Origin: an uncultured Rhodobacterales bacterium
GTDB lineage: Bacteria > Pseudomonadota > Alphaproteobacteria > Puniceispirillales > GCA-002684695
Direction: 5' to 3'
NCBI GenBank assembly: GCA_964571065.1
Contig: CAZNBI010000003.1
Coordinates: forward strand, 4,707 to 40,724
Length of the DNA: 36,018 nucleotides
Notes under the pieces: generated by a model
What the model saw: only the letters and a program-made list of their open reading frames with translations
What the model was told of the DNA's origin: nothing
Database searches by the model: none
Part shown: in pieces, positions 1 through 9,833 of the stretch
Position numbering within the stretch: the first letter of the stretch is position 1
How the letters are laid out: each line of letters starts with the position of its first letter
Program-made: the position numbers and the translations under genes

Positions 1-710
1 CCCATTAATTCAGATTGTTTTTTTATTTGTTTAAACTTTTTACCTCTTGCGATGACACCGCCCATCATTACATCACTATGTCCAGTAACATACTTTGTGT
101 ATGATTCAATGACAGCATCCACGCCTAAATCCAGAGGATTTTGCCCTAAAATTGTTGCCCATGTATTGTCTGTAATCGTTGTAACATTAAATGATTTTGC
201 AACTTTAGTTAATGAGGGTAGATCTTGAAGTTCAAAGGTATGTGAACCAGGGCTTTCAAAATATATTAGGGATGTACTATTTTTTATAAGTTTTTTAAAG
301 TTTTGGGATTTAATTCTTGGTTCATAAAATTCTACTTCTACTCCAATTGATGGTAAAAATTTTGTAATAAAATTTCTAGTGCTTCCGTATGCACTGTCGG
401 ATACTAGAATATGATTTCCACTTTTTACAAAAGAGAGTATTCCAACTACTGCTGCTGCTAAGCCAGAAGGAGCTATAATGGATCCGTCTGCATTATAAAG
501 CTCAGCCATGGTGTCACAAAATGCTTGAGATGTAGGAGTGCCCGTCCTCCCATATTGAAATTTTACTTTTTTATTTCGACGTGATTTTGAATCTGGATAT
601 AAAATAGTTGAAGCATGATAAACTGGTGGATTTGGTATACCAAAATTAGTTTTTGGTTTCAGACCTGTATGTGTAATTTTAGTGGAAGATATAGTGTTTT
701 TTTTACTCAT
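1..710 (-). CDS. metC: Cystathionine beta-lyase-like Cys/Met-metabolism PLP enzyme. Only the N-terminal ~236 codons are present; the gene continues past the left window edge.
   Basis: Hand translation of the reverse strand from ATG (710-708) gives MSKKNTISSTKITHTGLKPKTNFGIPNPPVYHASTILYP... and stays open to position 1. It contains ...DAVIESYTKYVTGHSDVMMGGVIARGK, the PLP-lysine motif of the Cys/Met PLP family. It is absent from the ORF track because the window truncates it. Confidence 0.75.
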   Translation of the reverse strand, partial: MSKKNTISSTKITHTGLKPKTNFGIPNPPVYHASTILYPDSKSRRNKKVKFQYGRTGTPTSQAFCDTMAELYNADGSIIAPSGLAAAVVGILSFVKSGNHILVSDSAYGSTRNFITKFLPSIGVEVEFYEPRIKSQNFKKLIKNSTSLIYFESPGSHTFELQDLPSLTKVAKSFNVTTITDNTWATILGQNPLDLGVDAVIESYTKYVTGHSDVMMGGVIARGKKFKQIKKQSELM

Positions 711-884
711 TTAATCTCATATATTAATATTTGTTTTGATAAAGCCTAAAACTAATAATTTATTTTAAATCAATAATATGTATGTTACTATTACATAATA
801 AAAAATTTTAACTTCCAGTTATATCTTGAAAGATATATAAGGTGGTTATATTTAAATTATAAATAACAAAATGAGGAAAAAATA

Positions 885-1907
885 ATGTTTAAAAAATTTT
901 TTACAATTTTTGGACTTGTTGGAAGTTTGTTTGCAAGTAATGCGTTTGCAGATGGTCACGCTACTTTAGAGCAAGTTCAAGCCAAAGGTCATTTACAATG
1001 CGGAGTAAGTCAGGGACTTTTTGGATTTTCAAACCCAGATGATGCAGGAAATTGGACTGGTTTAGATGTTGATTTCTGTAGAGCAATGGCTGCTGCTATT
1101 TTTAATGATCCACAAGCAGTAAAATTCACACCACTTTCTTCTAAGCAGCGTTTTACAGCTTTATCATCAGGTGAAATTGATGTTCTTGCAAGAAATACCA
1201 CTTGGACAATGACTAGAGATGCATCTCTTGGATTAAATTTCTCAGTTGTAAACTACTATGATGGGCAAGGAATGATGGTACCTAAATCACTTGGAGTTAC
1301 AAGTGGAACTGAATTAGATGGTGCAAATGTATGTACACAGACTGGAACTACAACTGAGTTAAATATTACTGACTATTTCAGAATGAATAACATGTCCATA
1401 AATATTGTTGCTTACGAAGATGCAGCAGACGTTATCGCGGCATACGGTGAGGGAAGATGTGATGTTTATACAACTGATAAATCAGGTGTTGCAGCACAAA
1501 GATTAAGATTATCAAACCCTGATGATCATATGTTACTTCCAGAAGTGATTTCTAAAGAACCACTAGGTCCTGTTGTAAGACAAGGTGACGATCAGTGGTT
1601 AAATATTGTAAAGTGGACACATTTTGCAATGCTTAATGCTGAAGAAATGGGTGTAACTCAAGCAAATATTGATAGCCACATGAATTCAACAGATCCTGCT
1701 ATGCTTAGATTATTAGGTAAAGAGGGTACTTTTGGTGAGTATATCGGCTTATCTAATGATTGGGCAGTAAGAATAATCAAAGCTGTTGGAAACTACTCTG
1801 AGAGTTATGAGAGAAATGTAGGCCCAAATACTCCATTACAACTTGACAGAGGTGTAAACGCACTTTGGACTAATGGTGGTTTACAATATGGTCCACCAAT
1901 TAGATAA
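885..1907 (+). CDS. aapJ: General L-amino-acid ABC transporter, periplasmic substrate-binding protein (AapJ/YhdW type)
   Basis: The N-terminus is a signal peptide (MFKKFFTIFGLVGSLFASNAFA). The mature part has family-3 SBP motifs (LQCGVSQGLFGFS, GLDVDFCRAMAAAIF, EIDVLARNTTWT). GAGGA lies 8-12 nt upstream of the ATG. The matching permease and ATPase genes are at 9834-13237. Confidence 0.9.
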   Translation: MFKKFFTIFGLVGSLFASNAFADGHATLEQVQAKGHLQCGVSQGLFGFSNPDDAGNWTGLDVDFCRAMAAAIFNDPQAVKFTPLSSKQRFTALSSGEIDVLARNTTWTMTRDASLGLNFSVVNYYDGQGMMVPKSLGVTSGTELDGANVCTQTGTTTELNITDYFRMNNMSINIVAYEDAADVIAAYGEGRCDVYTTDKSGVAAQRLRLSNPDDHMLLPEVISKEPLGPVVRQGDDQWLNIVKWTHFAMLNAEEMGVTQANIDSHMNSTDPAMLRLLGKEGTFGEYIGLSNDWAVRIIKAVGNYSESYERNVGPNTPLQLDRGVNALWTNGGLQYGPPIR

Positions 1908-1930
1908 TACAAAATAATAAAATTTTAAAA

Positions 1931-1959
1931 AGCCCACTTTCGAGTGGGCTTTTTTTTTA
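1931..1959 (+). terminator. Rho-independent terminator after aapJ
   Basis: The stem AGCCCACT (1931-1938) / AGTGGGCT (1943-1950) is a perfect 8 bp, GC-rich for this genome, with a TTCG loop. A T9 run follows directly (1951-1959). Confidence 0.85.
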
Positions 1960-1982
1960 TTTTTTGTTAATAATTTATTAAC

Positions 1983-2801
1983 ATGGAATTTAAAAATAAA
2001 AATGTTGTAATTACTGGTGCTTCAAGAGGTATAGGTCTTGGCATCGCAAAAAAATTAGCTTCAGAAGGAGCAAATATTGCTGTTCTTGCAAAAACAGATA
2101 CACCCCACCCAAAATTACCAGGTACAATTCATTCTGCCGTTGAAGAAATTAAGGAATTTGGGACCGAGGCATTAGCAATTAAGACTGATATTAGATTTGA
2201 AGATCAAATCGAAAATGCTATTCAAAATGTGGCAGATAAATTTGGTTCAATTGACATTTTGATAAATAATGCGAGTGCTATTGGTTTGTTTAATAGTGAA
2301 ACTCTTCCAACAAAACAATTTGATCTTATGAATGATATCAATTTAAGAGGTACATACCTTTGTTCAAAAATTTGTTTACAATATCTCAAAAAGTCTAATA
2401 ATCCGCATATTTTAAATATGAGCCCACCTATAAGTCTTAAACCTAAATGGTTTGAAAATTTTACAGCATATACAATCGCTAAGTTTGGAATGAGTATGTG
2501 TGTTATAGGAATGTCAGCGGAATATAAGAAATACAATATTGCTGTAAATGCACTATGGCCAAAAACTGCTATTGATACAGCAGCTATTAGGATGCTTGGA
2601 GGTGTAGTTAGGCCAGAACAATGCCGCAAAGTAGATATTTTGGCTGATGCATCATTTTTTATTTTAAGAAGAGATAGTAATAACTTTACTGGAAAATTTT
2701 ATCTTGATGAAGAAGTGCTTGCTGAAGAGGGAATTACAGATTTAGAAAAGTATAGTGTAAAAAAAGGTGAAAAATTATTTACAGACTTATATTTAGATTA
2801 A
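1983..2801 (+). CDS. SDR-family oxidoreductase, HSDL2-like
   Basis: The Rossmann motif TGASRGIGLGIA and the YxxxK catalytic motif (YTIAK) are present. The segment KTDTPHPKLPGTIHSAVEEI is typical of the HSDL2-like SDR subgroup. Confidence 0.85.
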   Translation: MEFKNKNVVITGASRGIGLGIAKKLASEGANIAVLAKTDTPHPKLPGTIHSAVEEIKEFGTEALAIKTDIRFEDQIENAIQNVADKFGSIDILINNASAIGLFNSETLPTKQFDLMNDINLRGTYLCSKICLQYLKKSNNPHILNMSPPISLKPKWFENFTAYTIAKFGMSMCVIGMSAEYKKYNIAVNALWPKTAIDTAAIRMLGGVVRPEQCRKVDILADASFFILRRDSNNFTGKFYLDEEVLAEEGITDLEKYSVKKGEKLFTDLYLD

Positions 2802-2823
2802 TCATAATTAAAGGGAGAGAAAA

Positions 2824-4488
2824 TTGGAAAAGGTTTGGTTAAAAAGCTATCCGAAGGGAGTTCCTTCAGAAATCAATTTAGATGAATTTCAATCATTAGT
2901 CGATTTGTTTAATCAAACATGTGATCGATTTAATGATCAGCCCGCTTTTACTAATTTTGGAGTGGAAGTTAGTTTTAGAGAGTTAAAATCACATTCTGAA
3001 AATCTTTCTTCTTTTTTATTGAATGAGTTCAATCTAAAAAAAGGGGATAGGGTTTCAATCATGATGCCCAATATTTTACAATATCCAATTTCAACTTTTG
3101 GAATTTTAAAATCAGGACTTGTTATAGATAATATAAATCCTTTATTTACGCATCGTGAATTGAAGGCACAGTTAAATGATTCAGGATCTGAGACAATTAT
3201 TATAGCTGAAAATTTCGCATCAAATTTACAATCAATACTAAAAGAAACATCAATTAAAAATGTTTTAATTACCTCTGTTGGTGAATTTTTAGGATTAAAA
3301 GGAATTTTGATTAATTTTGTTTTAAGGAAAATTAGGAAAATGGTTCCAAAATACTCTTTGCCCAACGCTGTAAATTTTAAAGATGCAATTAACATTGGAG
3401 CAAAACATAAATTTAAAGAGCAAAAAATTGATAAAGAAGATATTGCATTTCTTCAGTATACGGGAGGAACAACAGGTGGAGTTAAAGCTGCAATCTTGTC
3501 CCATAGAAATGTTTTAGCTAATGCTATTCAGGTAAGGGAATGGTTAGGTGAAAATTTAAAATTTGGTGAAGATCTAGCTATTTGTGCACTACCACTTTAC
3601 CATATATTTGCATTGACTTGTAATTCAGTAGTCTATTTTTACTTTGGCGCAAATAATATTCTAATAACAAATCCAAGGGACATTCCAGGTTTTATTAAAA
3701 TTTTGAAAAAATACAAGTTTACGTTCATTAGTGGTGTAAACACTTTATTTAATAAGCTATTGGAGGATAAAAATTTTCAGGATTGTGACTTTTCAAAACT
3801 CAATATTACAATTGCAGGTGGAATGCCTGTACAAAAATCTGTTGGTGATCGTTGGCAAAAAACCACTGGTTGCTTAATGGTAGTTGGTTATGGTCTCTCT
3901 GAAACTGCACCAGCGGCGTCTATAGATCCAATTGATGGGGAAACTTTTAGTGACACTATAGGGCTGCCTTTACCATCAACTGAAATGTCTATTCAAGATG
4001 ATAAAGGAAAAATTCTATCAGCTGAGAAAGAGGGTGAAATATGTATTAGAGGTCCTCAAGTCATGAGAGGTTACTGGAACAATGAAAAAGACACCAAAAA
4101 TGTTTTAACAAAAGATGGTTGGTTTAAAACTGGTGATATAGGAAAAATGAGAAAGGATGGATACTTTCAAATTGTTGATAGAAAAAAAGATATGATAATT
4201 GTTTCTGGATTTAATGTGTATCCAAGTGATATTGAGGAAGTTGCAATGCAGCATCAAAAAATCTTAGAGGCTGGCTGTATCGGAGTTTCTGGAAAAAATG
4301 GGCAGGAGCTAGTAAAATTGTTTGTATCTGTAGTAGAGGGTGAAACTATTACTGAAGATGAAATTTTAGAACATTGTAGAAATAATCTTACAGCTTATAA
4401 GGTTCCAAAATTACTTGAAATTGTTGATGAAATACCTAAATCGAATGTAGGCAAAATATTAAGAAGAGAATTAAGGGAGAAAAAATAA
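2824..4488 (+). CDS. fadD: Long-chain fatty-acid--CoA ligase
   Basis: The start is TTG, preceded by AGGGAGAG. The N-terminus MEKVWLKSYPKGVPSEI is FadD-like. The AMP-binding motif YTGGTTGGVKAA is present, along with C-terminal GWFKTGDIG and PKSNVGKILRREL. Confidence 0.9.
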   Translation: MEKVWLKSYPKGVPSEINLDEFQSLVDLFNQTCDRFNDQPAFTNFGVEVSFRELKSHSENLSSFLLNEFNLKKGDRVSIMMPNILQYPISTFGILKSGLVIDNINPLFTHRELKAQLNDSGSETIIIAENFASNLQSILKETSIKNVLITSVGEFLGLKGILINFVLRKIRKMVPKYSLPNAVNFKDAINIGAKHKFKEQKIDKEDIAFLQYTGGTTGGVKAAILSHRNVLANAIQVREWLGENLKFGEDLAICALPLYHIFALTCNSVVYFYFGANNILITNPRDIPGFIKILKKYKFTFISGVNTLFNKLLEDKNFQDCDFSKLNITIAGGMPVQKSVGDRWQKTTGCLMVVGYGLSETAPAASIDPIDGETFSDTIGLPLPSTEMSIQDDKGKILSAEKEGEICIRGPQVMRGYWNNEKDTKNVLTKDGWFKTGDIGKMRKDGYFQIVDRKKDMIIVSGFNVYPSDIEEVAMQHQKILEAGCIGVSGKNGQELVKLFVSVVEGETITEDEILEHCRNNLTAYKVPKLLEIVDEIPKSNVGKILRRELREKK

Positions 4489-4489
4489 A

Positions 4490-5626
4490 ATGCATAATGC
4501 TGTTATTGCTGGTTATTCTAGATCGCCTTTTACAATTTCATATAAAGGTGAGCTTAAGTCATTAAGACCAGAGGATATATTAGCTCAAGTTATTAATAAA
4601 TTAATTTCTCCTTCAAATTTAAATAAAGATGATATTGAAGATGTGATTGTAGGTTGTGCATTTCCAGAGGGTGAGCAGGGTTTCAATATTGGTAAAGTTG
4701 TCACTTTCATGTGTGATCTACCAAGAAGTGTTGCTGGCATGACTGTAAACAGGTGGTGTGGTTCATCAATGCAAGCCATCCACAACGCAGCTGGTTCGAT
4801 TTCCATGGGATCTGGAAAGGTATTTATTTGTGCTGGTGTTGAAAGTATGACAAGAGTTCCTATGCTAGGATTTAATCCAATGCCACATCCTCAGTTATTA
4901 GAAGACAACCCTAATGTATATCTGTCAATGGGAATTACTGCAGAAAATGTAGCAAAAAAATATAATATTGATAGAAAAGAACAGCAAGAGTTTGCAATTT
5001 CAAGCCACGAGAAAGCATCAAATGCACAGAGTAAGGGAAATTTAAAAGATGAAATCACATCTATAAAAAATGATACAATTGATGTTATTAAAGATGGTGG
5101 CATCAGACCTGGAACTTCTCAAGAAATTCTTGACGGATTAAAATTAGCATTTGATCAAAATGGTACAGTTACAGCTGGAACTTCATCTCCATTAACAGAT
5201 GGTGCAGCCGCAACTTTGATTTGTGAAGAAAATTACGCAAAAGAAAATGGTTTAGATATTTTAGCCAGAATTAAGTCTTGTGCTGTTAATGGATGCGATC
5301 CCGAGGTTATGGGATTAGGACCAATTGGAGCATCACGAAAAGCTATGGATAGAGCTGGAATAAACTCAGCTGATTTGGGAGTTGTTGAATTAAATGAAGC
5401 TTTTGCTTCGCAAAGTTTAGCTTGTGTTAAAGATTTAGAATTAGATAAAAAAATTGTCAATTTAGATGGTGGTGCAATTGCATTAGGTCATCCCCTTGGA
5501 GCTACAGGTGCGAGAATTACTGGTAAAGCTGCACAGCTACTCCAACGTGAAGGCAAAAAATATGCTCTCGCTACACAATGTATAGGTTTAGGGCAAGGTA
5601 TAGCCACAGTTCTTGAAGCAATTTAA
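4490..5626 (+). CDS. fadA: Acetyl-CoA C-acyltransferase (3-ketoacyl-CoA thiolase)
   Basis: The thiolase catalytic motifs are present: VNRWCGSSMQA (nucleophilic Cys), NEAFASQ, GGAIALGHPLGATGAR and CIGLGQG. The start is 1 nt after the fadD stop. Confidence 0.9.
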   Translation: MHNAVIAGYSRSPFTISYKGELKSLRPEDILAQVINKLISPSNLNKDDIEDVIVGCAFPEGEQGFNIGKVVTFMCDLPRSVAGMTVNRWCGSSMQAIHNAAGSISMGSGKVFICAGVESMTRVPMLGFNPMPHPQLLEDNPNVYLSMGITAENVAKKYNIDRKEQQEFAISSHEKASNAQSKGNLKDEITSIKNDTIDVIKDGGIRPGTSQEILDGLKLAFDQNGTVTAGTSSPLTDGAAATLICEENYAKENGLDILARIKSCAVNGCDPEVMGLGPIGASRKAMDRAGINSADLGVVELNEAFASQSLACVKDLELDKKIVNLDGGAIALGHPLGATGARITGKAAQLLQREGKKYALATQCIGLGQGIATVLEAI

Positions 5627-5627
5627 T

Positions 5628-7952
5628 ATGATAAAAAATGTAACAGTAATTGGTGCTGGATTAATGGGTGCAGGTATTGCAGCCCATTTAACAAATGCAG
5701 GAACTAGTGTAACTCTTCTAGATATACCTGATGATTCATCTAGGAATAAGAACAATCTTGCTGATCAGGCTGTAAGTAAATTAATAAAAATAAAACCAGC
5801 AGCTTTAACTTTATCAAAAAATGCCAAGTTAATTAAAACTGGAAACATTGATGATCATCTTCATTTAATTAATAAGTCTGACTGGGTAATAGAAGTAATC
5901 ATAGAAGATTTAAAAATTAAAAAAAATCTTTATGAAAAAATTGAAAAAATCATGAAGGACAATTTAATAATTTCCTCTAACACATCAACAATACCTCTAA
6001 GCAAACTTACTGAAGGCAGAGATAAAAAATTCAAGTCAAATTTTTTTATAACTCATTTTTTTAATCCTCCCAGGTATTTAAGATTACTAGAAATTGTTGG
6101 ATCCAATAATAGTAATCCTAAATTTAAAAAAGATTTAACTGAATTTTGTGATCATAAGTTGGGAAAGTCAGTTATTGATTGTAAAGACACTCCGGGTTTC
6201 ATCGGAAATAGAATAGGTGTTTTTTGGATGATGGTTGCTGCTGAAAAAGCAATAAAAATGGGGTTAACTGTTGAAGAGGCTGATGTTGTAATATCTTCAG
6301 TATTTGGTGCGCCTAAAACAGGGATCTTCGGACTTCTTGATTTGGTAGGTTTAGACTTAATGCCTCACGTAATGTCATCAATGACTGAAAATCTTGACAA
6401 AAACGATGAATATCATCTTTATTCAAAGCCACCTGAAATTTTCGACTATATGCTTGAAAATAAACTTATTGGTAGAAAAGGAATTGGTGGTTTTTACAAA
6501 TTAGAAAATGTAAATGGAAAAAAAGTTAAAAAATCAATAAATTTGATAACAAGAGAATTTTCAGAAAGTAAAAAACCTTCAATCCAGAGTACTAAGCTGG
6601 CGAAAAAAAATCTTAATAATTTTTTAGAAATTAAAGATAAATACTCAAAATATGCTTTATCAGTTTTTTTAGAATTTATCTTATACACATTAAATCATGC
6701 TGAAGAAATTGCAAATGATTTACTTTCAATTGATAATGCTATGAAGAACGGCTTCGGTCTAGCATCTGGTCCTTTTGAATTAATGGATAAACTTGGCAAG
6801 ACATTAATCAAAGAAAAATTTTTAGAATCAAATTTAGAATTGCCTAAAATTTTAAACAATCTCCCAGAAGAAAAGTTTTACAAAGTTGAAGATAAAAAAT
6901 TGAAATACTTTGATTTTATTTCGAATAAGTTTGTTAATTTAGATAGACCAAATGGAATTATTCTACTCTCAGATATTAAAAAAATTAGAGAGCCAATCCA
7001 AAAAATTAGTACTGCAAGTTTATGGGATTTAGGTGATGGCGTCACTGTTTTTGAAATTCATAGCAGGGGAAACTCTATTGATATGAATACTATGCAATTT
7101 TTAGATAAATCAATCGATGTAGTTAGTAATTCATACAAAGCTATGGTGATTTATAATGAGGGCTCGATGTTTTCCGCAGGTGCAAATGTTGGAGAGGCAC
7201 TTTTTCTAGGCAACATTGGTTTAGAAACTGAATTAGTGGATAAAATTGTAGAATATGGACAAAAAGTTTACCAAAAATTAAAATACTCGAATTTTCCTGT
7301 TATTTCTGCTCCTTCAGGCATGGCATTAGGAGGAGGTTGTGAATTACTGCTGCATTCTAATTTTGTCCAAGCTCATGTTGAAAGTTATATAGGCTTGACT
7401 GAAGCTGCTTTAGGTATTTGCCCTGCATGGGGTGGTTGTAAAGAATTATTATCAAGGTTTGAACACAATGAAAATATCCCAAATGGACCTATGCCAGCAA
7501 TTATGAAGGCATTTCAAACAATTGGATTAGCTAAAACTTCAACATCTGCTCCTGAAGCTCGTGAAATTGGTTTTTTAAGGTCCGAAGATGGAATAACAAT
7601 GAATAGGGATAGGCTTTTGCACGATGCTAAATTAGCAGCAATTAATTTAATAGCAAATTACGTAAAACCAGAAAAACTATCCTACAGGCTACCTGGTAGA
7701 ACCGCATTTGCAGCATTAGAACTTGGTTTAAAAGGAATGATTGATAATGGTCAAATATCGGAACATGATAAATTTATTGGTCAGCAAATAGCTACAATTT
7801 TGTCTGGTGGGGAAACTGATATGCTAAATGAAGTTGATGAAGAACATATTCTAAAATTAGAATCTAATTCTATACAAACTCTCTTTAAACAGCCAAAGTC
7901 CCAAGAGAGAATAGAAAAGTTATTGGAAACAGGAAAGATAATCAGGAATTAA
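5628..7952 (+). CDS. fadN: Fused 3-hydroxyacyl-CoA dehydrogenase (N-terminal) / enoyl-CoA hydratase (C-terminal), FadN-type domain order
   Basis: The N-terminal NAD-binding motif is VTVIGAGLMGAGIAAHL and the C-terminal crotonase-fold motifs are FSAGANVGE and GMALGGGCELLLH. The ORF track starts at TTG 5613, overlapping the thiolase by 14 nt. The ATG at 5628, 1 nt after the thiolase stop, is the more likely start. Confidence 0.85.
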   Translation: MIKNVTVIGAGLMGAGIAAHLTNAGTSVTLLDIPDDSSRNKNNLADQAVSKLIKIKPAALTLSKNAKLIKTGNIDDHLHLINKSDWVIEVIIEDLKIKKNLYEKIEKIMKDNLIISSNTSTIPLSKLTEGRDKKFKSNFFITHFFNPPRYLRLLEIVGSNNSNPKFKKDLTEFCDHKLGKSVIDCKDTPGFIGNRIGVFWMMVAAEKAIKMGLTVEEADVVISSVFGAPKTGIFGLLDLVGLDLMPHVMSSMTENLDKNDEYHLYSKPPEIFDYMLENKLIGRKGIGGFYKLENVNGKKVKKSINLITREFSESKKPSIQSTKLAKKNLNNFLEIKDKYSKYALSVFLEFILYTLNHAEEIANDLLSIDNAMKNGFGLASGPFELMDKLGKTLIKEKFLESNLELPKILNNLPEEKFYKVEDKKLKYFDFISNKFVNLDRPNGIILLSDIKKIREPIQKISTASLWDLGDGVTVFEIHSRGNSIDMNTMQFLDKSIDVVSNSYKAMVIYNEGSMFSAGANVGEALFLGNIGLETELVDKIVEYGQKVYQKLKYSNFPVISAPSGMALGGGCELLLHSNFVQAHVESYIGLTEAALGICPAWGGCKELLSRFEHNENIPNGPMPAIMKAFQTIGLAKTSTSAPEAREIGFLRSEDGITMNRDRLLHDAKLAAINLIANYVKPEKLSYRLPGRTAFAALELGLKGMIDNGQISEHDKFIGQQIATILSGGETDMLNEVDEEHILKLESNSIQTLFKQPKSQERIEKLLETGKIIRN

Positions 7953-7966
7953 ATTAGGAGAACGTT

Positions 7967-9766
7967 ATGCAATCTTATAGTGCCCCATTGAATGACATGA
8001 AATTTATTATAGAAGATTTTTTAAATTCTGGAGCAGCAGACACACTATTCAAACAAAATGATATTGATATAGAAGACTTTAATTTTATTCTTGATGAGTC
8101 TTCAAAATTTTGTGAAGAGATACTATTGCCACTGAATCAATCAGGTGACAAAGAGGGTTGCACTTATGAAAATGGGAAAGTGAAAACTCCTAAGGGATTT
8201 AAAGATGCTTATAAACAATTTGTTGAGAGTGGATGGCAAGGTGCTGCTTTAGACCAAAAGTATGGGGGTCAAGGATTACCATATATATTTAATGTTTTTT
8301 TTGATGAAATGATTACTTCTTCAAATATGGGCTTTGGAAATTATCCAGGTTTAACGGGTAATGCATTTGAAGCAATTAAAAAAAGTGCATCTGAAGATTT
8401 AAAAGATTTATACCTTCCAAAGTTAGCTACGGGTGAGTGGTCCGGAACAATGAATTTAACCGAGCCTCAATGTGGTACGGATTTAGGTCTTAGTAAAGCA
8501 ATGGCAACCCCTCAGGAGGATGGGTCTTATAAATTAACTGGTACTAAAATTTTTATTACGGGCGGTGAACAAGATCTCAGTAAAAATATTATTCACCTTG
8601 TTTTAGCAAGAACTCCTGATGCTCCCAAAGGCATAAAAGGCATAAGTCTTTTTTTAGTTCCAAAAATAATCCCTAATAAAGATGGTTCTCTTGGAGAAGA
8701 GAATAGCCTTAGCTGCGGTTCCATTGAGGATAAAATGGGTATTAAATCAAGTTCTACATGTGTGATGCATTATAATGACGCAAAGGCATGGTTAGTGGGT
8801 GATCTTAATAAAGGCATGAAAGCAATGTTTATAATGATGAATGGTGCAAGGTTAATGGTTGGTGTTCAAGGTTTAGGCATGTCTGAAGTATCCTATCAAT
8901 CTGCTTTATATTATGCAAAAGAACGTCTTCAAGGCAGATCACTTAAGGGAGCAAAAAAGCCAGAAATGTCTGCAGATCCTATAATTGTTCACCCTGATGT
9001 TAGAAAAACACTTTTAAAGATGAAGTCTTTAAATGAAGGAATTAGGGGTCTTATTGCATTTACAGCACTTCAAGTTGATGTGGCAAAATATGAAAAAGAT
9101 AAATTTAAAAAACAAAGAGCTGATGATTGGGTTGCATTAATGACACCTATAATAAAAGCTTATGCAACCGATATTGGTTCAGAGTCTGCAAATCTTGCGG
9201 TTCAAATGTATGGTGGGCATGGATTTATAAAAGACCATGGCGTCGAGCAATTTGTTAGAGATGCTCGAATTGCACAGCTTTATGAGGGAACCAATGGTAT
9301 TCAGGCATTGGATCTTGTAGGAAGAAAATTACCAATGCATAACGGAAGACTATTAAGAAGTTTCTTTCATGAAGTAAAAGAATTTATTGAAGAAAATGCA
9401 TTTAATTATAATCTGAAGGAAATAATGCCACATTTGATGAAATCTTTTGGAAGATTGCAGCAAGCAACAGCTTTTATTGCTTCAAAGGGTTTGTCTGATC
9501 CAGAAGAGGGGGCCGGCCCTGCTACTGATTATTTAAGAATGTTTGCTTTGACTTCTTTGGCATATGTTTGGGTAAAATATATTGATATTTCAAATAGAAA
9601 AATGAATGATGATCCCAAAGGTTTCTATAAAGCAAAAATTGCAACTGGTACATTTTTTCTAAACAAGGTCTTGCCAGAAACAGGTGCATTAATGTCTAGT
9701 ATAATGTCTGGTGCGTCATCATATACAAAGTATGAAGATGATTTTTTTGAGAGCAGTTTTTCATAG
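7967..9766 (+). CDS. Large (about 600 aa) acyl-CoA dehydrogenase
   Basis: ACAD motifs are present: LTEPQCGTDLG, FITGGEQD and YEGTNGIQALDLVGRK. It has the long N- and C-terminal extensions typical of the FadE-like ~600-aa class. AGGAG lies upstream of the ATG. Confidence 0.9.
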   Translation: MQSYSAPLNDMKFIIEDFLNSGAADTLFKQNDIDIEDFNFILDESSKFCEEILLPLNQSGDKEGCTYENGKVKTPKGFKDAYKQFVESGWQGAALDQKYGGQGLPYIFNVFFDEMITSSNMGFGNYPGLTGNAFEAIKKSASEDLKDLYLPKLATGEWSGTMNLTEPQCGTDLGLSKAMATPQEDGSYKLTGTKIFITGGEQDLSKNIIHLVLARTPDAPKGIKGISLFLVPKIIPNKDGSLGEENSLSCGSIEDKMGIKSSSTCVMHYNDAKAWLVGDLNKGMKAMFIMMNGARLMVGVQGLGMSEVSYQSALYYAKERLQGRSLKGAKKPEMSADPIIVHPDVRKTLLKMKSLNEGIRGLIAFTALQVDVAKYEKDKFKKQRADDWVALMTPIIKAYATDIGSESANLAVQMYGGHGFIKDHGVEQFVRDARIAQLYEGTNGIQALDLVGRKLPMHNGRLLRSFFHEVKEFIEENAFNYNLKEIMPHLMKSFGRLQQATAFIASKGLSDPEEGAGPATDYLRMFALTSLAYVWVKYIDISNRKMNDDPKGFYKAKIATGTFFLNKVLPETGALMSSIMSGASSYTKYEDDFFESSFS

Positions 9767-9833
9767 GTTGCTAGATTTAACAATTATGTTATAAAAAATA
9801 ATTGTTTTAATTTAATAGAAGATTATTTGTCTG

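Noticed and set aside
711-884. I considered a riboswitch (SAM-type or glycine) in the spacer upstream of metC and aapJ.
   Set aside because: The spacer is almost purely A/T and lacks the GC-containing helices or pseudoknot such elements need. I could see no conserved core sequence.
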